From the NCBI RefSeq assembly GCF_009914755.1, contig NC_060940.1: a DNA stretch of 64,000 nucleotides, one strand, 5' to 3'. Positions within the stretch are counted from its first letter, which is position 1. Each line of letters begins with the position of its first letter. Below the pieces are notes generated by a model. That model saw nothing but the letters and a program-made list of their open reading frames with translations, searched no databases and was not told the origin of the DNA. This stretch comes from the human T2T-CHM13v2.0 reference genome, Homo sapiens. A program made the position numbers and the translations under genes. Positions 1 to 15,754 of the stretch are shown here, piece after piece.

Positions 1-1548
1 TGTACATGTCCTTTCCTGGCCATATGTCAACTGGACCATGCATTGGAAAGTTTTATAGGTGTCTGAAAGGCTGTTCACCCCTTCTTCTTGGGCATTTGGG
101 GGGCCCTTACCGTGGAATCTCCTTCTCTTTCAAACAGTACCTTCTTAAGCTCCTGTCCCTTCTCCAAATGACTTTCCTCCTTCCTTTCTAGCAACTCAGT
201 GTTTTTCTTTTAGCTCCACCTCCTAGAGCAGGCTTCAAGTTCTTTTTGACATCACAGGGTTAGTCATTTCCCTTTAGGAATTGTAAACATAAATGACACC
301 CTGGACGAAGTCTAGACTGGGTCCTCAGTCCTCTTTGGAGAATGAGAGGTGTCTGTTCTGTGGGCACCATCACCATGAAGCCTGTGAGAGGGTGCCAGGC
401 CATCCCCAGCTGAGGAGTCAGCACTGATTCCCCCTATCCATGCTAGGCCCCTCCATTTCAGAGGAAGAATCCTGTTTAGTATCATTTGGAGCACCCCTTG
501 TGTATCTGTCAGGTGTTAGCGTCTGGGACAAAGCCTGTACCTTCACCGAGAGGACATTCCAGGAGACAGGTTACAAGAAACAAGCACACCAATACATACC
601 ACAGTTCACAGTAGAGATCAATGCTTTGCAAAAAATACTAATAATAAAGTAGTAAAATGATAGAGCATGGTTGGCGGGAGAGGTGGTTTCTCTAGATGGG
701 GTGGGCTGGGATTGTCACTCTGAGAAGGAACATTTGAGTAAAGACTAAAATAATGTGAGTGGGGGAGGGCAAGTAGATACGCCGAGATGAGAATAAGCTA
801 GACATTGTCAAGGAACAGAAAGAAATGCCTTTCTATTCCTTAGTTGTATTTGGAGACCTAGAGAAGTTGTGGGAAATAGCAAGTTTGGCATCCTCACTTG
901 CAGCATGTGCTAGCGTTACCTACACTACAGTGGACATGAAATGGTTAAAGAGCAACCTCCCTCTACCCCACACCCATGCAAATGTCAGCAGCCAAGGGGG
1001 ACACTTGGTCATGGAGCAGAGAGAGAGTCCAATAATCCATGCCCTGAACCACCCTCGAGCCTTCCAGCCGAAGCTGCTAGTTCCATCCACAGCCTGAGTG
1101 CAGTGAAGCCCTCTCCCCACCCATCCCTGCAGCTTAGACTAACTCCCAGACACAGCTAAGCCAGGAAAAGGCAGGTCTAGATGTACAGCACCAACCAAAC
1201 AGCCCAAACCAGGGCTGCAGGCATTCTGTAGGATACAACGAACGGAGAGAGAAAACAAACCTTAGCTCTTAAGATCTAAAGAAGAGAGATGGATAGAACT
1301 TTAAATATGCAGTTGATTATTCTGAATACTTAACTCTGAGCAGTTGCACACAGGAGAACTGAGAATTCTGTACAACTGGTGTTAAATGCAGGTGGACTTC
1401 TTCCATCCAGACCGGGCTGTAACACAAAAGCATATTGATGCTGCAAACCTCGGTTTATGAAACAAGAAAGAAATGCACAGAGAACAGAGAATTTCTGCAG
1501 TCACACATGGATAATTTCCAGGAAAGAGAGATTAGCAGTGAACGTCAC

Positions 1549-1570
1549 TGTGTGTGTATGTGTGTAATTT

Positions 1571-1618
<48 letters not shown>

Positions 1619-1620
1619 AT
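1549..1620. repeat. (TG)n/(TA)n microsatellite
   Basis: Directly visible dinucleotide runs. Confidence 0.95.
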
Positions 1621-1754
1621 AGTTGTCTGTATACAGAAGAGCACTCTGACAGGGCTCCTTCTCATCTTAGAGTTCTATTCATCATTTATGGGAAGAACTA
1701 AATCCAAGCAGAAAATAAATAGAAAGAAGCAGTGATTTTAAACCCGATCTTCTC

Positions 1755-2097
1755 TTTGATTACATTAAAATTTTAAACTTCTGTATGGCCAAAAATAAAG
1801 AGAGAGAGAAAGAAAGTCCTAAACAAAGTCAGAAGGCAAGCAGCAATGTGGGAAACAGCATCACATAATAGACAAAGGGCTAATTTTTATTATTTACAAA
1901 GAGCTCTTACAAATCAATAAGGAAAAGACAAACAGCCCAATAGATAAATGAGCAAAGTACAGGAACAGGCAGATAGCAGAGAAAAGCAACGCATTTGGCC
2001 AGTGACATAGGAAAATAAATCCAATCTTATTCACAATGAAAGTAATGAAAATTAAAACATTGTATTTTTAAAGCAAATGGGCAAAGTTTTAAAATTT
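1755..2097 (+). mobile_element. Old L1 (L1ME-like) ORF2 3' fragment
   Basis: 'attaaaattttaaacttctgtatggcc...gagctcttacaaatcaataag...aacagcccaatagataaatgagcaaag' resembles the degenerate L1 ORF2 end. Confidence 0.7.
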
Positions 2098-2545
2098 GGT
2101 CTAATTTGGAACCCCCAGAAGCAGACTCTGAGATGTTTTAGTAGAAGTGGTTGATTTGGGAGGAATCCCAGGAAATCCAGGAGCAGAATGGGGAGGGAGA
2201 GAGGGAAGGGAAGGGAAGGGAAGAAATTAATCAAGTTACCTTTGTCACTAGAGCTTAATTCCACAAGGGACTGGGGAGGGGAAGGGAACAGTCAGAGTTA
2301 CGGGTTCTGAGGGAGAGAGAGCTGAGGTACTTACACACCAGCTCCCGTCACACACTCGTCAAAGGCTGCTGAGGGAGGCTGCTGATTAACTCCCCAGCCT
2401 TTTGGCCTGCAGTGAGCCCTGGACAGCCAGCAAAACTTAAGACAAAGACCTGCAGGTGCTGACAGTGGGAAGTTGGACATTGGACAGCATGCCCTGAAAT
2501 GATAAAGTTAAAAGGGTATAGGATCAGAACATCAATGGAGTCTTC
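2098..2545 (-). mobile_element. ERVL LTR (LTR16-like)
   Basis: 'ttggaacccccagaagcagactctgaga...gatttgggaggaatcccagga' is the reverse complement of an LTR16-type 3' end. Right boundary is approximate. Confidence 0.6.
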
Positions 2546-2554
2546 TATCAAAGT

Positions 2555-2681
2555 TTGCCCAGAAGAAAAGAAGCCATTGTATGAAAAAGATACTTGCACA
2601 AGCATGTTTATGGCAGCACAGTTCACAATTGCAAAAACATGGAACCAGCCCAAATCGCCATCAATCAATGAGTGGATAAAG

Positions 2682-2730
<49 letters not shown>

Positions 2731-3110
2731 CACACAATGGAATACTACTCAACCATTAAAAGGAAAGAATTAATGGCATTCTCAGTGATCTGGATAAGAT
2801 TGGAAACCATTATTTTAAGTGAAGTAACTCAGGAATGGAAAACCAAACATCATATGTTCTCATAAGTGGGAGCTAAGCTATGAGGATGCAAAGGCATAAA
2901 AATGATACAACCGACCTTGGGGACTGGAAAGGAAAGAGTGGGAAGGAGGTGAGGGATAAAAGGCTACAAATTGGGTTCATTGTGTACTGCTTGAATGATG
3001 GGTGCACCAAAATCTCACAAATCACCACTAAAGAACTGACTCATGTAACCAAATACCACGTGTTTTCCAAAAGCCTATGGAAATAAAAAGTAAATAAATA
3101 AATAAATAAC
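2555..3110 (+). mobile_element. L1PB (L1PB1-like) 3' end with internal (TG)n at 2686-2728
   Basis: ORF2 C-terminus 'KDTCTSMFMAAQFTIAKTWNQPKSPSINEWIKKL', L1PB 3'UTR 'gggtgcaccaaaatctcacaaatcaccactaaagaact', AATA tail. Confidence 0.9.
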
Positions 3111-3119
3111 AAGGTTCCA

Positions 3120-3345
3120 TTTGTTCAGTTCTTGCTGTGTGTAAGGCACAAATTCAGTATTTAGGTGTATCATCATCTCATTGAATACTTAAACTGACCT
3201 TATGATATAAACACTACTTTTATCCTCATTTTAAAATGAGCAAACGGAGATATGAAGAGGTTGGTTAAATACATTTCCTAAGGTCCTGCAGCAATGAGAT
3301 TAAGGAGAAATAATGCATTTCAGGCTCACTGACACCCACTCCTGC
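3120..3345 (-). mobile_element. MIR
   Basis: Reverse MIR core 'tttatcctcattttaaaatgagcaaacggaga...ttcctaaggtc'. Confidence 0.65.
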
Positions 3346-3349
3346 CTCT

Positions 3350-3930
3350 TGACTAGTGTGCCTTCCATAGATGGAAAGAAACATTTTCCCATACTGTAGA
3401 TGGAAATGAAAATCTGGCTGGTAAAATCTCTTTGGAGGGTCATTTGACAATGGCCTTCAAAATTTTAAATGTATGTATAATGTGACTCAACCACTCCACT
3501 TGACAAAGGGAAGCAATTGCTGTGCTTTTAATAATAAAAAGAATTCTAAGCAATGCCACTGGATTTTTCATAAAGGGCAGGTAAACATTTTCTGGTATGT
3601 CAATGCAACAAAATACCGTGGGATAGTTAAATATAAGGGCAAGGAGCGATCTGTGGAAACAGAAAAAGGTCTAAATGTTAAAATTTTGTTTCTTATTTTA
3701 AAAGTGCATGTAGCAACAAAGTATGTTTGATGTGACCGTGTTTGCTTAAAAAGAAAGTGAGTATTCATTTATCACTGTGCTTGTGTAAGGCTCACAGAGA
3801 ACACTGGTTAGGACTGGGAGTCTGAGAGGTAAGTGGGGGAGCCTTCGTTTCTCGCTCTATACCCTTCTGAATTATTTGAATTTTCTTCCATGTGTTACTT
3901 TTATAGTTTAAAGATTCTAGTAAAAATAAT
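3350..3930 (+). mobile_element. Old L1 (L1ME-like) 3' region, probably continuing 1755-2097
   Basis: 'catactgtagatggaaatgaaaatctgg...ctttggagggtcatttgacaatg' is typical of the L1M ORF2 end and 3'UTR. Confidence 0.55.
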
Positions 3931-4480
3931 CAACCAACCAACCAACAAACAAACCAATCCATTACTATCCTTGGGATATTATTAATAACATCTGGTTTCT
4001 TTGGTCCACCCTGACCTGACTCTCTTCTTCCCCAAAGTGTGCCCGTCTCTTAAACGCAGTCAGTCTCCTCCTCCCCTTTTTGCCAGGCTGCTCCTTTCCC
4101 TGGGATGCCTCTTCGTTACTCTGCTACCTTTTCAAACTCTACATATCCTGCAAGCCCTACCTCAACTACCACTCCTCCCAGAAGCCTTCCTGGGCTACTC
4201 TGGCTCGCAACCAGCTCCTTCCTCTCCAAACACTTATAGTAACTGTGGTTGTACAAAACACATGGTCTATAATCTCAATTTTCTTTATTTTCCTTCCTCT
4301 CTTCCAAGTTTGTGTTTTGTTTTTCCAAGTAGGCAGAAAATACCTTCAGAGCAGGGGCTGTGACTTACAGGAGAGGTCATGAAACAGACACACAAGTCAC
4401 AGGGAGGAAGCAACCTTAAGTCCTGTTGAAGATCCAGCCATGAGCTTTTGGATACTTTGACTTGGGAGAGTGAGTAAAAA

Positions 4481-4533
4481 AGGGAAGGAAGGGAGGGAGG
4501 GAGGAAGGGAGAAGGAGGGAGGGAGGGAGGAAG

Positions 4534-4574
<41 letters not shown>

Positions 4575-4576
4575 CC
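4481..4576. repeat. (GGAG/GGAA)n purine tract followed by (CA)n
   Basis: Directly visible. Confidence 0.95.
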
Positions 4577-6264
4577 CGTTGGAAATATTTACCTATATCA
4601 TTAAAGAAATGATTCTACCCTTTGCAGATATTAAACTAAAGTGAATTAACACCTTACGACAAGGTCTCCTGTTAGCTTGGAAGTACATTTACATAGCAGA
4701 TGGCATCCAGGGGCTGAGGGCAGGTGTCTTAGAACACTGTCTGTTCGGGTGAGGGGCAAAGAGCACATACTCACACTTGCCATTTGCCGTCCTGAGATCA
4801 GCTGGAGTAGGTCCCCTTTGGAATGCTTTCCCCAGCCTTGAAACAATTGTACACCTCTTCTGTGTGTACACCCTCCTCTGGTTTTACAACTGGTTCCACA
4901 AGCCACAGGTGAGTTCATGGCAGACTCAGCACTAGAACCAGGTCCCTGGCCTGGCGCACATGCCTTCATTCATCCTTCACCTGAAACCCTCAGTAATGCA
5001 TGACACAGCAACACAAAAGGAATTTTTCCAGCTCTGCCTAGTGGGGCTGAGGCGGTGGTACCAAGCAGTGCTTCCATGTGGGAATTCCTTTCCAGCATTT
5101 CTCGGGAAATTTATGTTTTTCCAACTTCTGAGGATAATTAGTCAAGGAACTGAGAAAATGAGAAAAATATTCTAATTCCCCCATGAGAATGACAGCTTAG
5201 CAATCAATATGCAGGCATTACTTGTTGGAAGGAATCTAGTGATGTCAAGCAGAAAGCCAGAACAGGAGGCACTGACACATGAAGCCCAAGCTGAAGACAT
5301 TTCCAGGAACCAGGACCAGAGTACATAGGAGCAAATCAGTCATCGCCTACTCAGGCTTGTTTGCAGTTGTGTGTTTGTGGTCCTGTAGGCTGCTAATGTG
5401 AGCCATTCTTGCAAAGAAAATAAAATATTAATGTATTTATATGTATAGTATACTTTATTCAAGTCCTGTGGGTGGAGTTCCAAGAAATTACAAGGTTGGA
5501 AGCAAAGTAAGTTCTGTGGCAACTTCTTGAATCTGTGTAGTGTTTTCAACCTTGCTAGGAGAACTGAATGTCACATTATTCAAATATTACCCAGTAATGT
5601 TCACTGGCACTTTCCAGGATTTAAATATTTGCTAGAGGCAAATATTTTTTAATAAATTCTTTGTAAAGCTCTCAGTAGATCCTATTCAACTTACTATTTC
5701 TTATATATCCATCAACGTTTTTAGATATTTGTGATAATTACTAAAGAAAAGAGTATGAAGAATGTTCAAAGCATTTTAAGAATAACTTATGATTTGAGGA
5801 ATTCCAAGTTCTTGTCCCTAGATCTCAAAGGTTAATATCTGTTGGGCATTTGGAAACATGAGTGCTGTCAGAGAGGATATTGGTTTCTCAATTACAAGAG
5901 CTTTGCTGTTCAATACGTAGATGGTGAGGTCTTCTGAGGCCGCTCATAAGCCCCAGAAATAGCACATAAACCAGTCATCACACGTGTCCTGTTATTTACC
6001 AGCAGGTGAGTGAGTAGCCACCAGGGGCTGGTGATGGGTGCTGCAATTTATAGAGGATTGCAATGATGATGATGCCAAGGAGGAGGAGGAGGACGTCTGT
6101 GGGCGCTTTTGCTAGATTCTCAGTGTGCATTTGAACACTGGCTTCTCTGGGCTGTAAATTTTCCATCTGTAAAATAAAGAAGTTAGAGAAGTCAGTGATT
6201 TTTTTTTCAAACATTACTTTCAGTGAAACTTGACCCTAGGAAAAAAACCCAAAGTGGACCATAA

Positions 6265-6480
6265 AATAACAGCAATATTAGCTATGTGCCTTCCATGGTC
6301 CCAACCACTGTATACTTATTAACTTCACTAAGCTTCACAACAGCCCCGTGTCCATATTACAGATAGGAAAGCTGATGAGACTGCAGAGGGGTTTAAGGAA
6401 CTTGCCCAGAACTACACATGAACAGCCTGGTTCTGGGGCCAGGTTTGGGTGGGCAGCAGAGAGCCATGCTCTGCCTGTTC
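6265..6480 (-). mobile_element. MIR
   Basis: 'ccatattacagataggaaagctgatgagact...ttaaggaacttgcccagaactacaca'. Confidence 0.7.
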
Positions 6481-7675
6481 AACCTCCATCCCCTTGGTCC
6501 CCACAGCACCCATGTGCTCCCCAGAACACAGCTAGGAAAGTCACTGCCCTAAATGATCTCCGAGGTCTTTTTCAGGTTAGGGCTAACTGAAAAACATTTT
6601 AAATACCACTGTCCATTTTGAAGTTTCTGGAATTCTGTAAATTTGTGGAGCATTTATAACACCTCACACGAGCATCACTCAACCCCTGTACAACAGAAAA
6701 GGCATGGATTCTTAGCCTGGTATTTACAAGAAACAGAGAGATTGGCCTGGAGTCATACGTCAGTTAAATGGCAGGGACAGTTCTAGAAATCAGGTCTCCT
6801 GAGTCTTAGCTCCGGGTTTTTTTTTCCCCCAAGGCATATGAAAGCACTTTGTCAAGTGTGAACACTGTACAAATATTCAGTATTACTTTTTCACACCTCT
6901 CTCCCCAGACTTAGACAAAGTACGTGTTCAATAAGAATCTGTTGAATTGAATAGCCGATTATGCCTGCTTTATGATTATAGAATGCAAGTCAGAAAAGAA
7001 CAATGGGGAATCTCATGAAATATGATTCTGTTTACCTTTCCATTGTCGATCCTAATCATTTATTTCTTTCAAGTATGCCCTCTGCTATCCTTAGACTAAC
7101 ACACACACAAAAGGGAGCAGGCATTTGCTGATTACTCTTCAGCTGACCATGAGGGTTAGTGGCCCAGAAGCACGATGCATAATACAGTAACCAGGCTGGG
7201 ATTCAAAATATGCTGCAGAGCAGCAGAGGAATCCCTGAGCTCATGCACCAATATCATCACCTTACGGTGCCATGCCACGTCTCCTGAGAGCACCTGGTGC
7301 TTCTTCATTGACAGCCTTAAAGATCTGCAAATGCTTTGACGCAGAAAGCCCAATTCAAGGAATTTAGTCTAACAAGATGTGTAACCCAAAGATTTGGTTA
7401 CAGAGCTGTTCACTGCAACGTTGTTTACAAAAGCAAAAGATTGGGACCAGCATAAACGTCTGCAACAGGGAGTTGGCTCAGTATTTTATGTTAATTCTAG
7501 TCCATGGACTATTATTTAGTCATTGGAATTTTTCATGTGTAGAAAATCCTATAATTGCATGAGATAATATTCACAATATACTTTTAAGACAAAAAAAGTA
7601 AGTAATATAATAACATGCACATGGGCTCAGATGTATTATATATGCATTTATATCTATTTTATGTATAAAACTTTA

Positions 7676-8098
<423 letters not shown>

Positions 8099-8299
8099 AA
8101 TTAACAGTAGTTATTTCTTCATCAGCAAGATTACAGATGGTTTATTGTTTATCATTTTGTTTATCTCTAGTTTTATAAGTAAGCATATTTGCTTGCATAA
8201 TGAAAAACAATAAAATTGTGCTAAAGTGATGCTATGCAAGGATACTTAATAGCACTAAGGAATGTTTATGTTATGGTGTTAGTAATAATACTAAAAAGT

Positions 8300-8455
8300 A
8301 TAAATAATATTTATTGAGTGCTATTACATGCAGCCACTCTGCTAAGTCCTTTACCAACTTGTTTCATTCAGCAATCACAAAAATCATGTAAGAAAGGCAT
8401 TATTACTTGCCCTATTTTATAGGTAGGAAATCTGAGGTTAAGAAGGGGTGAAATT
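8300..8455 (-). mobile_element. MIR
   Basis: 'tttattgagtgctatt...cctattttataggtaggaaatctgagg'. Confidence 0.7.
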
Positions 8456-8618
8456 GAAATCACTGCATGTCATATTTTCTCTTATTAAATGCAGTAGCAG
8501 GTAAAACACACACACACACACACACATCTGTGCTCGTGCACACATAGCCAGTTGTTTTCCTCCGTATGTGGTGAGATAATGAATTGTATTTATTTCTTCA
8601 TTTTAATTATCTCTATTT

Positions 8619-8981
8619 CTTTTTCTATTTTACTTTAAGTTCTGGGATACATGTGCAGAGCATGCAGGTTTGTTACATAGGTATACATGTGCCATGGTGG
8701 TTTGCTGCACCTGTCAACCCCCCGTCATCTAGTTTTTAAGCCCCACATGCATTAGGTATTTGTCCTAATGTTCTCCGTCCCCTCACCCCACTCACCAACA
8801 GGCCCCGGTGTATGATGTTCCCCTCCCTGTGTCCATGTGTTCTCATTATTCGACTCCCACTTATGAATGAGAACATTTGGTGTTTGGTTTTCTGTTCCTG
8901 TGTTAGTTTGCTGAGAATGATGGCTTCCAGCTTCATCCATGTCCCTGCAAAGGACATGAACTCATTCTTTTTTATGGCTGT
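8619..8981 (-). mobile_element. L1PA (about L1PA7-10) 3' end, 5'-truncated
   Basis: 'tactttaagttctgggatacatgtgcag...'; the minus strand encodes '[33 protein letters not shown]'. Confidence 0.92.
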
Positions 8982-8982
8982 C

Positions 8983-9472
<490 letters not shown>

Positions 9473-9674
9473 TATATTTCTTATTTTTCTAAAATTAGGC
9501 CATACATTTACTTTTTATGAGAAAAAGGCAAAGATATTTTCAGACTGGAAAAGAAAGCTTACCACAGAGAATCCATACCCTACGTATACCTACTGAAAAA
9601 AAAGGGTGGGTGTATTCCAGACAGAGAAAATCAAAAGGAGCTAGGATGTTGTGTCCTGAAAGAGATTCTTTCTA

Positions 9675-10062
<388 letters not shown>

Positions 10063-10477
10063 TTAACCTGGGGGAGCCCCGGCTGCCCTCTGGAAGTGGC
10101 TGGCCTGAGAGAGAAACCTCACCTACGGTACCTCTTATTGTTTCTTATTAGCACTTGAAGATTCTCTTTAGCCCAATGGGCCTTCAAAGCCTTCAAAGTA
10201 GACAGACTTGTGTACAAATCCCAATTCTGCCAATGGTGAGATCATGGCGGGGAAAGAAAAAGGTATAGACTTTGATATTGGGAAAAAGACCAGGGCTTGG
10301 GAGGGTCCAGCTAGAGGCTAAACAAGAGGTGCGAAAAATAATAATAATAACAACAACAATAATAATATCATCTGAGGCTCTTTTTGAACCTTAGATTATG
10401 GAAGTGCCCTACGTGTTGAGGTTATGGGCATCATCAGAGGCTAGATTATGGGGGCAACTTCAAGGATTTTTATATTA

Positions 10478-10665
10478 CTTGTGAGACCACAGCAAAGTCA
10501 GTTCACATCTCCAAGTTCCCTTTTGCCTGTCTGTAAAATGTGCCCTATATTCTTACCCTATGTCATAGGATGTGGAGCTGGTATAGCTAAGTAATGCATG
10601 TAAGAGCCCAGCACGGTGCCTGGCACATAGTAGGTGCTCAATAAAACATAGGCATTTATACTATT
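10478..10665 (+). mobile_element. MIR
   Basis: 'ctgtaaaatg...cagcacggtgcctggcacatagtaggtgctcaataaa'. Confidence 0.8.
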
Positions 10666-13169
10666 ATGACTGTGATTCATTATCACTATCGCTGTGACGT
10701 TATGGTATATTCATGATAATATTATTATATTATTATTGTTATTATTTTCTGCACCTCCCCTATTTCAGTCCCGACTCTAGCTTGACCTTCCCAAGCCCTG
10801 GTCTTTTTCCTATCCCAATACCATCTCTTTTTTCTTTTTCCCCCAGGAAAACCTTACAGACAATAATCAGATTCTCATAGACAAACTCAACCAATGACAT
10901 TAACTACTATGAATATATTGACTCAGTAGTGGGTCCACACTCACTTTGAACAGAGATCTTCAATACCTTAACCTAAAAGCACAAGTTTAGGCTTCATAAC
11001 TTGCTGATTTTACAGACTGATGGGAACCTAGTTTCTGAGAGAGGGAGGGTCCCAGAAAGGAGTGGAAACCACTGGCCTCACTCACATTTCCTGACGTTCC
11101 CCCCTCCCAACCCTTCTTTTTAAGGCTCTAGATTTGTAAAGCTCATTGTCATGTTTTATGAACTTTTACTGGCAGTGCGTTAAGACAGATGCACGTGGAA
11201 ATCCTTGAAGTTGCCCCAATGACCCAGCCTCTGATGATGCCCCTAACCCCACCACGGATGGCATTTCCATAGTCTAAGGATCAAAAACAGCTGTTTGTTT
11301 TTGCTGAACAAACACCCGCCCAGCTGTACAACTGAGCCGAGGCATCAATAAGGCCAAGAATGTATTTAAAGAAGGTGTGGTAATACCATATACATAGAAG
11401 ATTATGGATTTAATGGTTGAAAAAGCAGAGCAGAAAATAGGCTATTCGTAGTCATGACTGCAAACGTGGAGCCATATTCCATAAGTACATTGTTAGCTCA
11501 TCAAAGTGACTAACCGGGATACGAAAACCAGGAGATATTCAGTTTTCAACTCACTGGTCTCACTGCTTGAACACAACCCTCTGATGGCTATATTTACAAC
11601 TTCATCTCTCCAGATTTGCCTTTATTCCAAATAAATCATCACCAATGTCACTGACCCAGATCCCATTTCTTCCTAAATATCTTCATTCTCTCTCTCTTGA
11701 GCCTAAATGCAAGTGCAGTAAAAAATATTATGAATCCTTTAGGGTACTTTTCACCAATTAAAAGTGGCATATTAAATTTCTGAAAACCTTTGTAATCTGC
11801 AGTATAAAATCCCATTTTATGGTAGCAGATAATTTAGAACCCATAAGCTAATTAAATGAAGTGAATGACAACTGTATTCTCTAGATAAATGATATATCAG
11901 TCACAGATAATGTACAAATTTAAGAGACTGGAACCTTTGGAAAGAGAGGGAAAAAAAACAATGAAAAAATTTGAGTCACAAATGTTGGGTTTTATACATA
12001 AATCTGACTAATTGTATTAACTGCATAATGGAATTAATTGATGTAGTCTTTTTGCCTCCAAATCTCCATGGAGCTATGGAAATATCTTTCTGCTGTTAAG
12101 TGAGCCACCATCTCACAATACTGAGCTATGCTGTTGACATCCCTGAATCTGGAGATAGGATACAAGGCCCCTATCCCTGCCCCCATGTCTCTGGATAAAG
12201 GAATCACAAATACTAATGAAAAGGGAGAATGTTTCCAAATTAAGTTTCAAAATCTACATCTAGTGAAAATGTCTATTTCTTGGCCCAGAAGACTTAACAT
12301 CTTTGAGATCATCTAGCTTGGTGTGGAGAAGGATTCTAAGGCTGTGTTTAGGCTCAGCAATAAAGAGCATAGAGATCAGCTAGAAATGTGTGGGATAAGT
12401 GAGACATAAATAATGTCAAACCTGATCAAGCTCAAATCACTCCTTTAAGAAATGAGGCATCAAACCCAAAGAAGGCTATTGCCCAAAATCAGAAGGTGGC
12501 GAGTGGTCAGAACTGGGAAGAGAATAGAAGAGCCTGAGATTTTCCCACCATACCATCCCTCAGAGTTCCCAGCAGCTCCTAAGACAATTCTGACCATCTT
12601 AAAGGAAAAGAGAGCAGCATAGTTTATGTCTGTATGACACTAGTAGACAAAGAGTGTATTCTCCCCATACTCAGATAGTTCCATAAAGAAGCGGATCCCA
12701 AGCTCCTCCAGGCTGAAACCAGTCCTCTTGGGGCCATAACTGAAGATCCACTGACCTCAATTAATCAGAGTGATTTTTTTAACAATATCAATTGAGCACC
12801 CAGACATACAGAAAAAAAATCCAACTGTATTAGGAGAGCTAAGGCAGAGCTGGCTAACCCATATACAATAGAAAAAGATCTGAAGGTCAGAGTAAAGCCG
12901 ACAGAGCTCTAATAAAAATAAAAAAGAAAGAAAGAAAAAAAACCATCATAAATGAGATTCCCTGGAAGCATGGTTTATCTTGTTTCCTGAGTCCTTGGCT
13001 CCACAGCTCAAAGGGAGAATCTTGAGAGGAGGGATGGAGACTTACTCTCTGTGTATCAGGTCCAAACATAGTACTGAGCACAGAACAGGTGGGTTTTGGA
13101 CACTATGGTGTTGTGTGGTCTCCTGCTTAGACTCAAGCCATCAACTCCTGGCATGGCAAACGTGACAGT

Positions 13170-13900
13170 AGAAAGAATTCTAACGGGGCAGAAGCCCACT
13201 GCAGACTCACTTAAACAAAAAAGGTTGATGTATGGAACTAAAATGCCAAAGTTAGATATAAATTCAGGCATGATTAGCTCAGAAAGTTGGTTATTGGATC
13301 TTGGACTTCCCCTCTGTGTTTTGGTTCTTTGCTCCTCTTGTTGGCTCTACTTTCTGGCAGATCCCGCATATGGTAGTGTCTGGCAGCTGTGGGCTTAGAT
13401 CCTCCCAACGGCAAGTCTATCAGAGAAAAAGAGAGATCCCTTTTGCAATAATTCTTGCAAATATCCAGGTCTGAGTGTTTGGTGTTTCATTGTTGTTGTT
13501 GTTTCTTTTGAGACAAGGTCTCACTCTGTTGCTCAGGCTGGAGTGCAGTGGCATGATCACAGCTCACTGCAGTCTTAATCTCCTGGGCTCAGGTGATCCT
13601 CCTGCCTCCACCTCCTGAGTAGCACACCTCAGGTGTGCACCACCATACCTGGCTAATTTTTTTATTTTTTTTTGTAAATACGAGATCTTACTATGTTGAC
13701 CAGGCTAGATTCAAACTCCTGAGCTCAAGCAATCCTCCCACCTCAGCCTCCCAAAGTGCTGGGATTACAGGTGTGAGCCACTGCTCCCTACCCAGGTCTG
13801 AGTCATATTGGGACTTGGGTGATACATGCTCATCCCAAAAGCACTTACTCTGGCACGGGGCAATAGAGCCCTCTGATTGGCCCAGCTGGGTTCCACACGA
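13170..13900 (-). mobile_element. Old MaLR LTR (MLT1J/K/L-like) split by an Alu
   Basis: 'cagaagcccactgcagactcacttaaacaaaaaagg...ttcaggcatg' and 'ctctgattggcccagctgggtt'. Boundaries are approximate. Confidence 0.5.
13477..13792 (-). mobile_element. AluJ
   Basis: Full dimer flanked by caggtctgagt direct repeats (about 13466-13476 and 13793-13803). Confidence 0.9.
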
Positions 13901-14316
13901 GGCACCATATACTCCTACTAAGATTTACTAAGCCACCAGTAAGTATTAAGAAAGGTGTATCATTCAAGGTGTAGCTTTGGAAAGAGAGGAAAGGTCAGTT
14001 CCTTCATACTACATGGGCAGAGTGGAGGAGATGGTTCCCCAAAAGAAAATCACCGCTCTGCTACCAACACCATAGGATTACCAGTGGAAGTAAGAGAGAA
14101 CTTGGGGCTTTTTCTGGATAGCACCTTAGAGGTGGTTAAAAGCTTGAAAACTGGACCTGGGGGAAGGGGTGGATAGAGAAGCCTCCTGCAAAGCTCATGC
14201 CAAGTCAGTGGACAATGAATGTTTCCACATACAGCGAAGAAAAAGCCGGTGCTGATGAGGTTAAAGTTTCTTGATCCATGCAGCAGACAGAGGCAGATGC
14301 AAAATCCTGAGCCCAT

Positions 14317-15095
<779 letters not shown>

Positions 15096-15754
15096 GACGG
15101 TCTGAGGGATGTGTGTACAACAGCAGAAAGGGTGAGGTCAGGACCGAAGGGAGAACAAGAACAGTGCTGGGATGGAGGTAGTGTAGCCACGGCAAGGCTG
15201 ATGAGTAGGGCACATGGTCACGCCATCAGCAAAAAGTTTCACCAACACCCAAAGATTCCCATGGAGGGATGAAGTCATCTCTCTACCCGCAGTGGTGGTC
15301 AGAGCCCAGGACTTCCTTCAAGTCAGACGCTACATGTGTCATGTTGCCGGTTCACACACTTGGAATAATGAAGCCTGTTACTCACTGAGAAAAGGAGCTT
15401 GGGACAAGGAGACAAAACAATGTCCTCTGCTTTCCCGAGGGCCACTGGAGTGCAGAGTGTCCTTTAGTGGGGAGCATGGCTTGCCCTCTGGCTAGCATGC
15501 CTGGCTGGCCCCGGGCTGGGCAGGAAACAAGGCTCAGTTATCTCACCCTGTCCTGTGGCTGCCCTCGAAGGATGTCTCATCGGCACGCAGTGTCCATCAG
15601 GTCCAACTCTCTACAGTGTCCTCCTGGCCCCAAGGGGAGAAATATTTTGAATCGTCCTGATGGGTTTAATCCTCTTAATGGGTTACCTTTCTTTCATCAT
15701 CCTGGGTTGGGGAGAGATTTCACTACCAAGAATAATAGTATTAATAGCAGCAGC

